64,000 bases of DNA from Octopus sinensis (GCF_006345805.1 NC_043003.1:10230001-10294000); one strand, 5' to 3'; positions 12,311-26,417 are shown, counted from the stretch's first letter. Notes: generated by a model from the letters alone, not told the origin. Program-made: numbers and translations.

Positions 12311-13019
12311 TTTCCAGAACGTTTCTAGTGCACATACTGCGTTCTATCTGCTTCAAACATATTTTTCATTCAAGTGATAACAAGTCGTGTCGGTAGATCT
12401 GCTTGAAACTTCTTCCTAAAATATCTTCAAATTTCTACAGTGTTTTCCAGCTTCCTTGAGCACGGTAGGAAATATTTAATTTGTTCCGAGTTTAGTCTAC
12501 CCCCCTTCCTTATTTCTAATTGGTAGAAATAAAAACGACCCAAAAGAAATTACTCCGAGTGTCCAGTGGCATGTTTTAAACAAGAAAGACGACTAAAGTA
12601 CATTAGATAACATTCTTGATTCGTCCAAATTATTCCCGATTCCAGAGCTTTTTGACCAATCGATTCGTTGCAATTTTTAGCACCTCCAAATGAGAAGGGA
12701 GATAATTTCAAGAGCCAAGATTTCTTCAAAACTGATATGACGTTAAAGAAAAACTAAATAGTCTGATTGTCTGAAGACAAGAGGATAGATATGTACATAT
12801 GTTTCTGTCTCAATAAGCCTCATAAACACAGAAACGCATACAGGATGAGCTCCGTCGTAGTTTACCAAGTTCACTTCCAAATATTTGATGGCACAAGACT
12901 ATAGGAGAAAACATTTGCCTAAACATATTCGGCAGTGAGACTGATACCGAAAAACTGAAGACTTCAAAGCAAACTTCAATAATACACGCCCATACCCACG
13001 TTTTCTTCTTTCCCTCGAA

Positions 13020-13126
13020 TGTGTGCGCATATATTTACGTATATATGTTCGTTGTTAATATATGTACACCAACATACACACATTGACACGTGAATAGGGT
13101 GAGTTTGACGCGGAGTTGTATATATG

Positions 13127-13206
<80 letters not shown>

Positions 13207-13260
13207 CGAACTTATTTCTTAGTGAGGCAACCGGAGAAAATTTGCATATTTTCCCTCGAA
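13020..13260. repeat. Dispersed repeat containing (GATA)n; second copy at about 17870-18150
   Basis: Shared CATTGACACGTGAATAGG.TGAGTTTGACGC..(GATA)n..TTAGTGAGGCAACCGGAGA. Confidence 0.8.
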
Positions 13261-13359
13261 CCCGAAGGATTGTAAGGGCAGTTACTCAGTTTCCACAGAT
13301 TATAAATGACCGCGATTACAGCATTGGCATGGATGGGACGCCGGTCAGTTGCAGACTTC

Positions 13360-13550
13360 AAGAGTAGCAATTTTTGAGGGAAGGGGGCAAATGGATTACA
13401 TCTAATTCAGTACATAACTGCTACTTTATTTTATCGACCCCAAAATGATTAAGACTTCAGTGTGATTTGAACTCAGAACCCAAAGAGCCTAAAGAAACAA
13501 CGCTAACCGTTTTATCCAACTTACTAACGATTCAGACAGTTCGCCGCCTA
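13360..13550 (-). mobile_element. Degenerate SINE family A
   Basis: TTATCGACCC, TTTGAACTCAGAA and TTCGCCGCC motifs. Confidence 0.7.
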
Positions 13551-13591
13551 ACATGTGCTTATAATGTTAACAATTACTGCTAGTAACAATA

Positions 13592-13962
13592 GCACTACGT
13601 CGGTTACAACGACGAGGGTTCCAGTCGATCCGAGCAACGGAAGAGTCTGCTCGTGAAATTAACGTGCAAGTGGCTGAGCACTCCACAGACATGTGTACCC
13701 TTAACGTAGTTTTCGGGGATATTCAGCGTGAGACAAGACTGGCCCTTTGAAATGCAGGTACAACAGAAACAGGAAGAAAGAGCGAGAGAAAGTTGTGGTG
13801 GAAGAGTACAGCAGTTTACGCCACCCTCCCCCCAGTGTCGGAGCTTCGTAGAGCTTTAGGTGTTTTCACTCAATAAACACTTACAACGCCCGGTCTGGGA
13901 ATCGAAACCACGATTGTTCGACCGCGAGTCCTCTACCCTAGCCACTGGGCTATTGCGCCTCC
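13592..13962 (-). mobile_element. SINE family C, long form
   Basis: Reverse complement matches 16568-16880; the tRNA-like head is at the 13962 end. Confidence 0.85.
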
Positions 13963-14346
13963 ACACTAACAATAGTAGCCGTTGTTGGATAGAATTAACC
14001 CAATACTCGACAAATGAAGAGAGAATATTCTTTTGATATAATCGACATTTAAGATATGATTATTTGGGTTTATTAAATTAGACTGAATGACGAGTTAGGC
14101 GATTAAAACAGAGATGAAAAGTGGATCAAGTCATTTAGATTCACAACTCAATCAACATCAAAACAAAATAAGGCCAAGCAAACGATCATGTATAATTCGA
14201 AGTTACAGTTGAAGGCTTTACGACTATTAACGATGGAAACTATTATTTAGGAGATAAGGATTATGGTGTGCTTGCTGAATGGAATAGCGAAACGAAATGT
14301 GCGTGCGTGTGTGTATATATATAGATAGACAGACAGACAGGCAGGC

Positions 14347-14441
<95 letters not shown>

Positions 14442-14449
14442 CAGATAAG

Positions 14450-14590
14450 TTTTTCTGTGATACACGATCCCTTTTGATCGGAATTGTATTTTTCTCCTTT
14501 TTTTTCTATTTTCGAAAAGAAAAGCTCTACATTGTATTTTGTCCCGTCTGTGTTCAGCCCTGTGTGGCTAATAAAGAAACTTATCCATCT
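14450..14590 (+). mobile_element. 3' end of a GATA/TATC-associated retroelement
   Basis: GAAAAGCTCTAC..CAGCCCTGTGTGGCTAATAAAGAAAC followed by TATC; same family as 33612-34018 (-). Confidence 0.7.
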
Positions 14591-14659
14591 ATCTATTGTC
14601 TGTCTGTCTATCTCGCTCTCTCCCTCCATTCCTCTCTCTCCCTCTCTCTCTCTCTCCCC

Positions 14660-14701
<42 letters not shown>

Positions 14702-14742
14702 CTCTGTCTGCCTCTCTCTCTCTCTCTGTATATATATATATA

Positions 14743-14795
<53 letters not shown>

Positions 14796-15308
14796 TGTTA
14801 TATGCGTTAAAATAGGAAACTCTTAGATTTCTCTCGAAATCGAATAGCGTTTGGCACATTGACATACCTAATATACACACGAATACACAAACACAAAAAC
14901 ATACATATGTGTGTATATAGGTATGAATATGCGTATACTTACGTATATAGACATCTATGAATACATATATATCAGAATTTTATCATTTTATATAAGCATA
15001 TTAATATGCATACAATTTTGCATATGCTTTTGTATATGAATAAACATACATACAAGACCAAAGCATTGCGGACGTTAGTCAACCAGCATGACTAAAATAC
15101 GAAGATACAACGTTGCTATGACCATATTGAGGTTATTTATCAATAATTTTATGTAGCACACAAATCTCACATGATACATAGCCATCACTTTTAAACATCG
15201 ACGAAGTACAAAAACCAGCTTAATTTCCATCGAATGTTAATTTGTGTAACTCTATCATATGCGACTCATTCTACACAAACAGACTTGTGTAAATCAAGAG
15301 AATGTGTG

Positions 15309-15340
<32 letters not shown>

Positions 15341-16567
15341 ATATATATATAATATATATATATATATACAGAATAAGAGAATTATATTATCGTAAATAGC
15401 AGTAAAATTGTGTAAATAGATGGAAAAGCTGCATTCATTTGAAAGGCCGAACAAAAATTTTGACATTTCCAGACAAGTGTCTTCGAGGCGTTTCGCATTC
15501 ATATTTTGAGAATAAATTTTTGTTTATTCAAAACGTTGGATATAAATTTTCATAATAATAAATGTATGAATAAATTTACGTAAAAAGCAATGTAAAGCTA
15601 AGAGATTTATCTAGAGAATGAGAGAAGGAGGCAACAAAAAATTAAGCGCTGGAGAAGGTGTATCTGAGAGAAATGTGAAGAGTGATAAATAGAAAAAAAG
15701 AAAAAGAAAATAAGGGTGAGAGAGTTCGGTCTCAGAAATTTCAGTTATTATATTACTGAAAATAATAACAGAGGCTATGTTGGAATAATAATATAAAAAT
15801 ACAGTTAGAAAATAAAGATAAACTAGTTATAAAAGAAAAATGGTATAGGAGAAGAAAGTTTGAAGATATTAAAGAAAAAAAATATCGATAAAATATCTTT
15901 TGAGAGCTAACAACTATAGGAAAACCACGACAATGAGTTATGGAGCTTGGAGTTAAGAAGGGGTCATTGTGAAAAAGCGAGACAGCAACGAGATAGATAT
16001 AAAAATCGATGGAATGTGAAAAGAGTAGCGCGTAGCAAATTATATCTGTGTGATTGTTCAATTTTGCAATTATTTTAGCCCTTATGAATAATTTAAGACA
16101 CTCTAAAATATTGCTGTTCTTATCAACATTGTGAATTGACTCTTGTCTGAAGCAAATGATTTGCTGGAGTCATTAAAGCTACGTATTCTAAAGGTTTAAT
16201 CTAGAAAAATATGACAAATGTTCATAGTATATTAAACAATGGAAAAGAATAAAATGGAAAGCTTTCATAGTTATGTGTCGTAAATTGTAGCGATATGGCG
16301 GCACTTGATAATTTAGATTTCATTTGAGGAGCAATAGTTCTCCTCAAAATACAATACATAAAATAAATGCTGGTGCAGCTATGGCTGCGTGGTTAATAAG
16401 TTCGGTTTTCAACCACATGGCATTAGGTTCAATCCCGTTGATGCGACTTTGGGTAAATGTCTGCTACTATACATAGCCGCAGGCCGATCGCCGGCTTGTG
16501 AGTGAAATTTCCTTGGCGGAAATTGTGTGGAAGTTCGTCGATTATGTGAGTGTACAAGTGTGTGCGT

Positions 16568-16880
16568 GGAGGCGCAATGGCCCAATGGTTAGGGCAGCGA
16601 ACTCGCGGTCGTAGGGTCGCGCTTTCGATTCGCAGACCGGGCATTATGAGTGTTTATTGAGCGAAAACACCTAAAGCTTCACAATGCTCCAGCAGGGGGT
16701 AGTGGTGAACCCTGCTGTACTCTTTCACCACACCTTTCTCTCGTTCTTTCTTCCTGTTTCGTTGTACCTAATTTCGAAGGGGCCAGCCTTGTCACACTCT
16801 GACTCACGCTGAATCTACCCGAGAACTACATTAAGGGTACACGTGTCTGTGGAGTGCTCAGCCACTTGCATGTTAATAAA
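16568..16880 (+). mobile_element. SINE family C
   Basis: GGCGCAATGGCCCAATGGTTAGGGCAGCG head and family body. Confidence 0.85.
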
Positions 16881-17126
16881 TGAGCTGCGACGTCACTGGT
16901 GCCAAGCTGTATCGGCGTTTGCCTTTCCCTTGGATAATATCGGTGGCCTGGAACGGGGAGACCAGTATGCATGGGCGACTACTTGTCTTCCATAAACAAC
17001 CTTGAACAGATTTGTGCCTCGGAGGCTAACTTTCTAGCTGCAATCCCATGGTCATTCATGACCAAAAGGGGTCACAAAAAAATCAAATGTGTGCACGCGT
17101 GTGTGTGTCATTGTGCTTATGCTCGT

Positions 17127-17290
17127 TCGTTAAAGTCCCCGTAACATAACAGTTCGGCAAAAAGATTCTAATAGAATATATACAAGACGTAAAGATAAGA
17201 ACAGTGATTGATTTACTGCAATAAAACTCTTGGGGACGGTGCCCCAGTTTGAACACAGTCGAAGTCTGAAACGAGGAATAGGAAACAAAT
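17127..17290 (-). mobile_element. SINE family B tail fragment
   Basis: GTCCCCGTAAC..TTCGGCAAAAG and downstream family sequence. Confidence 0.6.
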
Positions 17291-17703
17291 AAAAATTAAA
17301 ACATAGGTGGCTCTCAAAGTTTCGCAGGTCAGTATGAAGAATAGTTATTGTTAGGTAGGAAATATTTCTGGTGAATATAACACCCAATGAGCTGTCCTAG
17401 AGGGGACATATGATGTAAATATAAAAGATTGATTCAATTACGGGCGTCTGTGTTCCTCCCAAAAACGAATATTACTACACGCAGTTTGTTACTTCTTATG
17501 AACAATCGTGAAATGTTAGGAGTGTTTAGTCGTTCTGGTGTGCTTTAGAGTCCAGACCGCACACACATACCCATACGCTCAAGCACACAAAAGCATACAC
17601 ACACACACGCATATATATATATGCATGCATATATATATATATATATATATACATGCACACACAAATATATATTATGTGTGTATGTATACACACACACACA
17701 CAC

Positions 17704-17770
<67 letters not shown>

Positions 17771-17989
17771 CTACATATACCTCCAAGTGAAAGTCATCCC
17801 ATTCACGTGTCAGTGTGTGTGACTGTGTGCATACATGTCTGTACAGGTGTGCATGTGTGTTTGTGTGTGTGTGCGTATATATGTTCTTTGCTAATATATG
17901 TACACCAACATACTCACACGCATTGACACGTGAATAGGATGAGTTTGACGCAGAGGAGTATACATGTAGATAGATAGATAGATAGATAG

Positions 17990-18098
<109 letters not shown>

Positions 18099-18438
18099 CA
18101 CGAAGTTAGTGAGGCAACCGGAGAGAATTTGCATGTTGAGTCCATATAAAATTATATATACGGATCACATAACATTCAAAACAATCATGTGATTGTTTCT
18201 GAAAGAAAAAAAATATATATGTGTGTGTGTGTGGTGTGTGTGTGTTGTGTGTGTGTGGTGTGTGTGTGTGCATGTATGTATATATATATATATATATAAT
18301 ATATATATATATATTATATATATATATATATATATGCATATACATATACAATTAATATATATATGTATGTATATGTATGTATATTACATATATATATATA
18401 TATGTATATGTATGTATGTATATGTATATATATGATAT

Positions 18439-18471
<33 letters not shown>

Positions 18472-18494
18472 TATATAATATATATATAATATAT

Positions 18495-19352
18495 ACAGGG
18501 TGCGGTGAATAACTGTCCTCTAAATTACGCGAAAAGGTTACACTGACATCTCATTTTAACTGATATAAATACTAAGAGCAATTTATTCATATAATCGCCA
18601 TTGGCTTCACTCACGGCCTCCAGGCAACTTCGGAATCTCCTGCAATTCTTCTGGACGATCTACTTGTATAAGTTGATGAATGCTGCCATAATCCTTGCCT
18701 TCAGTTCATCTTTGGTGTTAACGAAGAGTTTTCTTAGTTTTTCGCTCAACTGTGCCCCACACATAATAATCAAGGTGGTCGCAGACTGAGGAGTAAGGTG
18801 GCCAGATGTTAGGGATGATGTAGTCGCAGAAATTGTTTGAAAGCCGTGACTGGGTTCTCGGCATGATGCAGACTCCTGTAGCCAGTCATAGGGTCTTCCA
18901 ACAGCTACCCTCTTGACCCAGGGCAGCATTACCTCGTTTAGGCACTTGATGTAGGCCTCCGTGTTGAGTCTAAGGCCTTGTGGGAAGATAAATGGAGGCA
19001 TAACGTCGCCATCACTAGTGATCCTTCCAAACACTATGACATTAACTGAATATTTGGTTTTTATCACTCTCACTACATATCCTCAAGTTGCACTATCCTC
19101 AGATAGACGCCCATTTTTCCGGATTTTCCGGAATCAGCGCAGGTGAAAGATGTTTAGGTGACGCTCTTGGCGTGTGTATGGCGTCCAATCAGTCTGAAAT
19201 GTTCGTAGTCGAAACAAATTGTGTCATGGTACAGCTTTTCCTACAGACGGTGCCTAACTGACCCGACTATATTGTGTAGTAGACAATATGAAAAACAAAC
19301 AATGCGCATGCGCGAAATTAAAAGTAGAAAATTATGACAATTTACCCATCAC
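18495..19352 (-). mobile_element. mariner/maT-like (DD37D-type) transposon relic
   Basis: Starts at TACAGGGTG after a TA run. ORF 18660-19073 reads VIVFGRITSDGDVMPPFIFPQGLRLNTEAYIKCL..VLPW..WLQESA (degenerate WQQDSAP). A related fragment lies at about 37555-37650. Confidence 0.8.
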
Positions 19353-19354
19353 TT

Positions 19355-19525
19355 GAGAAGCTATGCCGGTGTGTTTACGTCCCCGTAACTGAGCGGTTTT
19401 GCAAAAGAGACTGTTAGAATAAGTACTAGGCTTACAAAGAATAAGCTCTGGGATTGATTTGTTCGACTAAAGGCGGTGCTCCATCATGGCCGCAGTCAAA
19501 TGACTGAAACAAATTAAAGAATAAA
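19355..19525 (+). mobile_element. SINE family B tail
   Basis: GGTGTGTTTACGTCCCCGTAAC..GGCCGCAGTCAAATGACTGAAAC. Confidence 0.85.
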
Positions 19526-19762
19526 GGTATATATATAGGTAGATAGAGAGAGAGAGAGAAAGAGAGAGAGATACGTATTTGTGTATATACATTTGAATCT
19601 AGGTATGTCTGTAGTTATATTTACAAATATATACATGTATATATATGCGCTTATATATAGGCAGATACATAAATAGATTGACTGATATATAAGGATATAG
19701 GTAGACGACACAAACAGAAAGTCAGAAAGAAAGAGAGAAAGAAAGATTTGGACTAGTTATTC

Positions 19763-19829
<67 letters not shown>

Positions 19830-20709
19830 ACCGAAATTGACCAATGCAGCTCAGACGCAGGATAAGCTGAGTCAATGTTAAAAGAGTGAAAGAGCAAAAT
19901 AGCAAGCGATAGATCTGATGAAGTATAATTCCATTTGTCTTGAAGGAGAGGAAGAGGGAGATAGTGAGAGTGTGAGAAAGGGGGAGAGAGAACGAGAGAA
20001 TAAAAAAAATACTAGACGACTTAAACCTTGTTCCTTACTTATATGTGAACTTAGCTTAAAGTATGTGTGACCAGCATTGGTCAATATGAGTCGTTCAAAA
20101 TAATTCTGCCATGCCTGTTTTTCCCAGACCATCGTCTTAGCTGTGTATATATGTACATACATACGTACACACATATATATATACATTTGCGTATGTACGT
20201 GTCTGTAGCTGTGTATGTATGTATGTATGTATGAATACACACATATATATATAATTATATACATACATACATACATACTTGCATTTATTATCTTTGCAGG
20301 ATTAATCCAAGTAGTATATTCTTGGATCACATCTGCTTATTCTGCTATTCCAAATCTGTTTTTAGACGTCATATTTATGCAACGTATGCATAAAAGTTGA
20401 AAATTCTGGAAATATTATTTGCAGAGAAATTATATATCAAAAGAGGAGATTGGAAAAAGTTTTCCGTATTATTTATTCATTCGTCATTACACTGGTTTCG
20501 TTTGTTAATAAGAGTTACAAAATTGTGCTTGTAAGATAGACATGTGCTGTTTGGGTATAACCAGGCAGAGACTTTCTAATAGGAGATATATGTTTTCTAT
20601 CACATGTACAGTCTTGTAGCTCCTATTAGCCAATGAAACATGTGTAATGAAACATGTGCAATAAATAATGCCCCCAAAATGTTTTGATACATGTATACAT
20701 ACATATGTG

Positions 20710-20744
<35 letters not shown>

Positions 20745-21344
20745 CTCTGTGTATGTGTGTGTATGTATGTGTGTGTGTGTGTCTATGTACTGTTCCGTGA
20801 TGGAAAGATCAACAAAAAAGTTACACCATATAGTGAGAGGTGAATATTATTTAATAAGCACAATACATGTTTTTATGTGCTATTAAAAGTTTCTTGTGCT
20901 GCGAACATGCCAAATAATGAATTATAGCATGTGTAGTACTAACCACATAGCATAACGAACTGAAAACTGAATGAGACAAAAAACGGGAAAAGCCGAAAAG
21001 GAAGATATAGAACACACATATATGCATGAATATGTGTGTTTGTGCGTTTATATTGCTAATATCAGAAGAATTTGATAAAGTTTCGCCAGAACGGGAAATA
21101 ATCTTTTGTTGAATATCTATACCATGAAAAAAAAAAAATATATATATATAGGGTGATTCAAACAGAATGATCTAATTTCGTTATGCAATATTTTAATAAG
21201 GAAAAGCAATAGACAACTCCATCTAAGTCACAAGTATTTACTCACAATCAACTTTTATTTTCTGTCATACATGTGTTCAATGTGGCCACCACCCGTAGCA
21301 TGGGCAACATCAATGCGATAAGAGAATACCTCCCATATATATAT

Positions 21345-21438
<94 letters not shown>

Positions 21439-21650
21439 GGATGGATAGATAGATTGCTTGATTCATTCATTGTCAATATGAAAAATTGAAGCAGGAAGTT
21501 TAGAATTTTAGCGTTTAAAATAAAAAATTTTTGATCTTAGTCATTAGAAACTTCTTCAGTGGTTTAAATGCCACTGGATTTTTTAATTAAAGATGAGACG
21601 TAAAATGTAAATATATTGTAGTATATAGTTGAAATTATCTTATGGTTTTA

Positions 21651-22085
21651 AGGCGCTGAGCTAAAAGACTCGTTAGTACGCCGGAGAAAATGCTTAGTAG
21701 CATTTCGTCCGCCGTTACGTTCTGAGTTGAAATTCCACCGATGTGGACTTCGCCCTTCGTCCTTCCGGAGTCGATAAAATATGTAACTGTTGAACACTGG
21801 CATTGATGTAATCAACTAGTCTCTCCCCCAAAACTTCAGGCCCTGTGCCTTTAGTACAAAGGATTATCTTACGGTTCAAGATGGGGAACTCTCAGAATCA
21901 TTAGCTCATCGGACAAAATGCTTAGCGTCTTTAAAATCTGTTTTGAAATTCCGCCGGGATTGACTTTGCTTTTCATCCTTTCGGAGTCGAGAAGTTAAGT
22001 ACCAGTGAAACACTGGGGTCGATGTAATCGACTAATCCCCTCTCCCAAAATGGCTGCCCTTGCGGCAGAATTTGAAACCATTATT
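21651..22085 (+). mobile_element. Two tandem diverged SINE family A copies
   Basis: Heads at about 21651 and 21880, each with the GTCGATAAA/GTCGAGAAG core and CTCTCCC tail. Confidence 0.75.
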
Positions 22086-22709
22086 AGTATTGTCATTTAG
22101 GGTGGCTAGCTAGCAGAATCGTTGAACATTGTGCTCCCGGGCCTGCCGGTCTTGTGCCAAAATTTGAAACTAATATTTATCTTATGCTCTGGAATATTGA
22201 ATTTACTTTTCGCGGGAAGGAATGTTTCATTAAAGACGTGTCTCGCCATGACCTTCGAAACGCGGAGTAGATGAAGCAAAGGCTGTTATGAGGTGTATGA
22301 GAATGTGTTCATCTATTCTATACTTCGTATGCTGTTTGGGACGAGGTAGCTGTGTGGGAGGAATATCCTCGTCGCTCTCTTCTGCTTATACGAACGCCAG
22401 TGTGGGTACGTGCTTGTTGACTCTACACGGCCAGCGAGTCCTCGTTCTCTCAACCGCCCACAATTGAGCGCTCTCAAAGCGGTGCTCCAACATGGGCCGC
22501 AGTCAAAACGACTGAAACAAGTAAAAGAATAAAAGAATTTGATTCATGTGCTGCAGTTTCTGTGTGTTTCCAGTTATTTTTATAGGCGTTCTGTCTGCTG
22601 TGTTTATTGCTGTGCATTCGCGTCTTTATAGTTTATGACATAAATTATAACAAAGCAACACTTTGCGATTCATGTATTCGGTGTGTCATGTCTAAGTCAT
22701 AAAATGTCT

Positions 22710-22762
<53 letters not shown>

Positions 22763-22839
22763 AAACACACACACACAAATTTCATATATACATATGACGT
22801 TTAGTCGAGGAGATTAATTCAACCAACTATAAATATATA

Positions 22840-23820
22840 TAAATTAATAAATAAAATAAAACATATGCATATATACATACATATATGTACGTACCTACCT
22901 CTACATGTATATATACATGCATATATGGGTACAGGACACCAAAAGAACGTCTAACACAATGGGAAACGAAAACATAAACACAAAACCAAGGAAATGGACA
23001 TTTTTCTTAAACAACGAAAAAATAGAGTACATGACATACAATACAAGGGAAATTCCCCTTCTTCAGTCGCCTTTGTTTCATCTACTCCGCATTTCGAAGG
23101 TCAAGGTGAGACATGTCTTTAATGAAACATTCCTACCCGCGAAAAGCAAATTAAATAAAATTTGAGATCTTTTTGTGGAGGGGTAAAAATGGTAACAATA
23201 ACAGGACAGTAAAGACAGTACAAAATATAAACAGTAAAGGACAGCACAAGGAGAATAACAGTAATATAGACATTGAGAGCTATTAAGCCAGAACGAAAAA
23301 AGAAATATTATGAACGCTTTTGAGGACGGCAAATAGAGAGACAGGAAAGCCATCCACACTTGAAGGAAGCCAGGTCAGAAAGACAGGAGCAGAGTTCTCA
23401 TCACGGGTCAAAGGCGGAAGGGAGGTAGAGGAGCAAGAGAAAGGGAGAGAAAAAAGGGAATGGTTGTAGAGAAAACCAGAAAGAATGAAGAATGAGAGAT
23501 AGAGAGGGAGAAACAGTAAAGTAGAAGAAAAGGAAACCCGAAAGAATGAAGGCTGAGAAAGGTAGGGGGACAGAAAGGTTAAGAGTGCGCATCATTATTA
23601 ATATTAAGAACAATCTTACTTAGAAACGGATGCGTGCGTTCCGTCATATAATAAATTAATAAATAAAACATATGCATATATATACATACATATATGTATG
23701 TACCTACCTCTACATGTATATATACATGCATCGAACACAATGAGAAACGAAAACATAAACACAAAACCAAGGAAATGGACATTTTTCTTAAACAACGAAA
23801 AAATAGAGTACAGGACATTT
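22840..23820. repeat. Dispersed repeat family with local direct duplication (22840-23035 / 23650-23820); further copy at 31030-31260
   Basis: Near-identical AACACAATG.GAAACGAAAACATAAACACAAAACCAAGGAAATGGACATTTTTCTTAAACAACG. Confidence 0.85.
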
Positions 23821-24849
23821 ATATATATATATAACGGGAAGCTTTATGAAAATAGACAAAAGACGAAGGCAGGTGGAATACAAACAAACAATTGTATTAG
23901 TATGGCGCTCAGGAATATAAATAAAACAAGTCTTTTACGTTTCGAGCCTACGCTCTTCAACAGAAAGATACACAGAAAAGAAACACAGAAAGAAAGAGAG
24001 AAAAAAAATGCGTGCAGAGGCTAGCGAATCAACATGGCGACATACATACATGCCAATAAGCATCTGCAAATTTTCATAATCTACACAATATGTTTACGTT
24101 GCATTAAAATATAGACCATTTTCTCACCAACACAACATATTCGCGCAATGCTGTGTGAGAATGATTATGAACAAAGATAAAGAGTGTGGACACGGTACGT
24201 TCGCTTTTCTCGTTTATCTTATAAAGACATATAACGTTTTTGTTAATTATGCATTATAAAAGTTTTATACATACATGTAATAAAAGTAATATTTTTGTGT
24301 GTATGTGGTGTACGTAATATATATATATATATGTCACATTGCTCCAGCCTACAGGCTGGAGTATTTATACCCCATAGCTGAAGTATGTATACATCATAGC
24401 TGGCAAAATGAGTTTTACCTATATTTCAAAGAGTCAGCTTTCTCACATTCTGTGTCACGCAGAATCTCCGAGGACTACGTTGACGGTACGCGTGTTTGTG
24501 GAGTTCTCTCACACATGCATGTTTATTTCATGAGCGAACTATTGCATTGATCCGGTGTGTGTGTGTGTATATGTGTGTGTGGGGGTAGACAAATCAAAAA
24601 TTAAAACAAAACAAGAAAATCAAGCGTAAGTCATTTCGAAGTATACCGTGAATATATTAGATTGGCGCTCAGTGAAAGTTTTGTATGAAAAATTAGGAGT
24701 GGAAGCGACACGTTACGAGCATGGCTCTTGGTCGAGAAAAAAGTCGAGAGGAAGAAAATAAGGAAGAGTAAATGTCCAGAAGAAAGCAAGTGTATCGTAA
24801 GAAAAATATATACACACACACAACACGCTCACACACACACAAATATGTA

Positions 24850-24890
<41 letters not shown>

Positions 24891-26417
24891 CATATACATA
24901 TACACATATTACCTATATGTATGTATGTATATTATATATATATATATGTATATGTGTTTATATATATATATATATACATATATGTGTATATTATATTACA
25001 TACACATATATGCATACATAATATATATATATATATTATATATGCATATATATATATATAAATATATATATATATTATATATATATATATATATATACAT
25101 ACATACATATATGTATGCATACAAGCATATATATTTTTTTTACTTGAAAATCCACCAAAATTTGAAAAACTTGTAATTGTTTAAAATAAATTTATTTACA
25201 TATACATCAAACTAGTTTCAACAATATTTTTTTTTGTTTATCAATGGCAAAAACTTAGAATTATAAATTAGAAAAACATCCTTAAAATTTTCAGTGTTGA
25301 CAAGTTTAAATGTTCATAAAAGACAAATTTAGCATTTTGACTTAGAAAAAAATGTTCAAAAATTTCGATGTTGACTAGTTTAAATGTTTAAAACAATCAA
25401 TAATATTAAAACTGTGCATCAATGTGTTTGAATGTACAAAGCTCATTAGTGTTAGTAGTGATGGACAGAAAATGAATATCAGCAAAATTTCAATCACACT
25501 ACGTTAAAAAAAACAAGGGAAAATTTTTTAAAAAAAGGGATTTGGTTTCCAATTTGTCTGATCTTCTTTCCGTCGTGTGTAGGAACTTCGTTTGTAACGG
25601 TGTGTTTTGGAATCCGGTGTATTTATGATTTTTAATTCGTTAAATACTGATGACGTTTTGTTTTTCCGGTGATCAAGTTTGTCGTTCTGCCTGGTTGGTT
25701 TCCCTGTGAGGAACGGTCATCAGTCGTTCCGATTGGTTGATTCTCTTAAAGGGTCATTTTGTTGTATTTGCTGAAGATCAGTTTTGATTGGTCTAGGTAA
25801 CGTCAGCAGCTCGTGTTTGTAAACTTTCATTGGTCTAGAGATAGGTGGCGTCGGCAACTGGTGTTTGTATGGTGTTATTGTATGGTGATTTAGAGTTGCG
25901 GTTTCGAAACCCGGATGGAAGACTGTTACTAAAGTTTTTTAAATTGTTTGTTGTTCCTGGCTGTGGTTTTTGGGGGAGAAATTGGCCCTTTTTTCCTTTT
26001 TCTCTTTAGTGTTTTTTTCTTCTTTCTCAGGATATTCAGCTGTGGTTTATATTTTTTAAGAAGTATGCTTTCCTTTGAACAGAATTAGGTTTCAACGGAA
26101 TTAAGTGCTTGCTTACGGGAATTTTCCTTGTCGTGGGGTCCTGGATTTGTTGCCTGTGCACCCTACGACTGCAAATTTATCATAAAACTGTTACTCAGAG
26201 CACTGATGAATATATATGTGCGTGTGTGTGCGTGTGTGTGTGTGTGTGTATGCGTGTATTCTTTTATACTTTTATTCTTTTATTTGTTTCAGTAATTATT
26301 CTATCTGTCTAGTACTTATTCTATCCGCTAAGTTACCGGGTCGTAAACACACCAACATCGGTTCTCAAGCGATGGTCTGGGGATAAACACAGACACACAA
26401 ACATACTCACGCACACA

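Larger units (their letters stand above)
11250..12520 (-). mobile_element. Degenerate Tc1/mariner-type transposase relic (N-terminal HTH plus first catalytic D region) interrupted by two SINEs
   Basis: Minus-strand translation pieces: RKLENTVEI*RYFRKKFQADLPTRLVIT, KRSG, HWKSYI, QIPWSDKVTLK*NGAINHHNYSYWGPKSPHITEEH. Confidence 0.7.

Noticed and set aside
23050-23075. CTGAAGA on the minus strand (also CTGATGA at about 31246, 25718, 30705, 51590 and 63190)
   Set aside because: No correctly placed GAAA, stem III and NUH with closing stems could be built.
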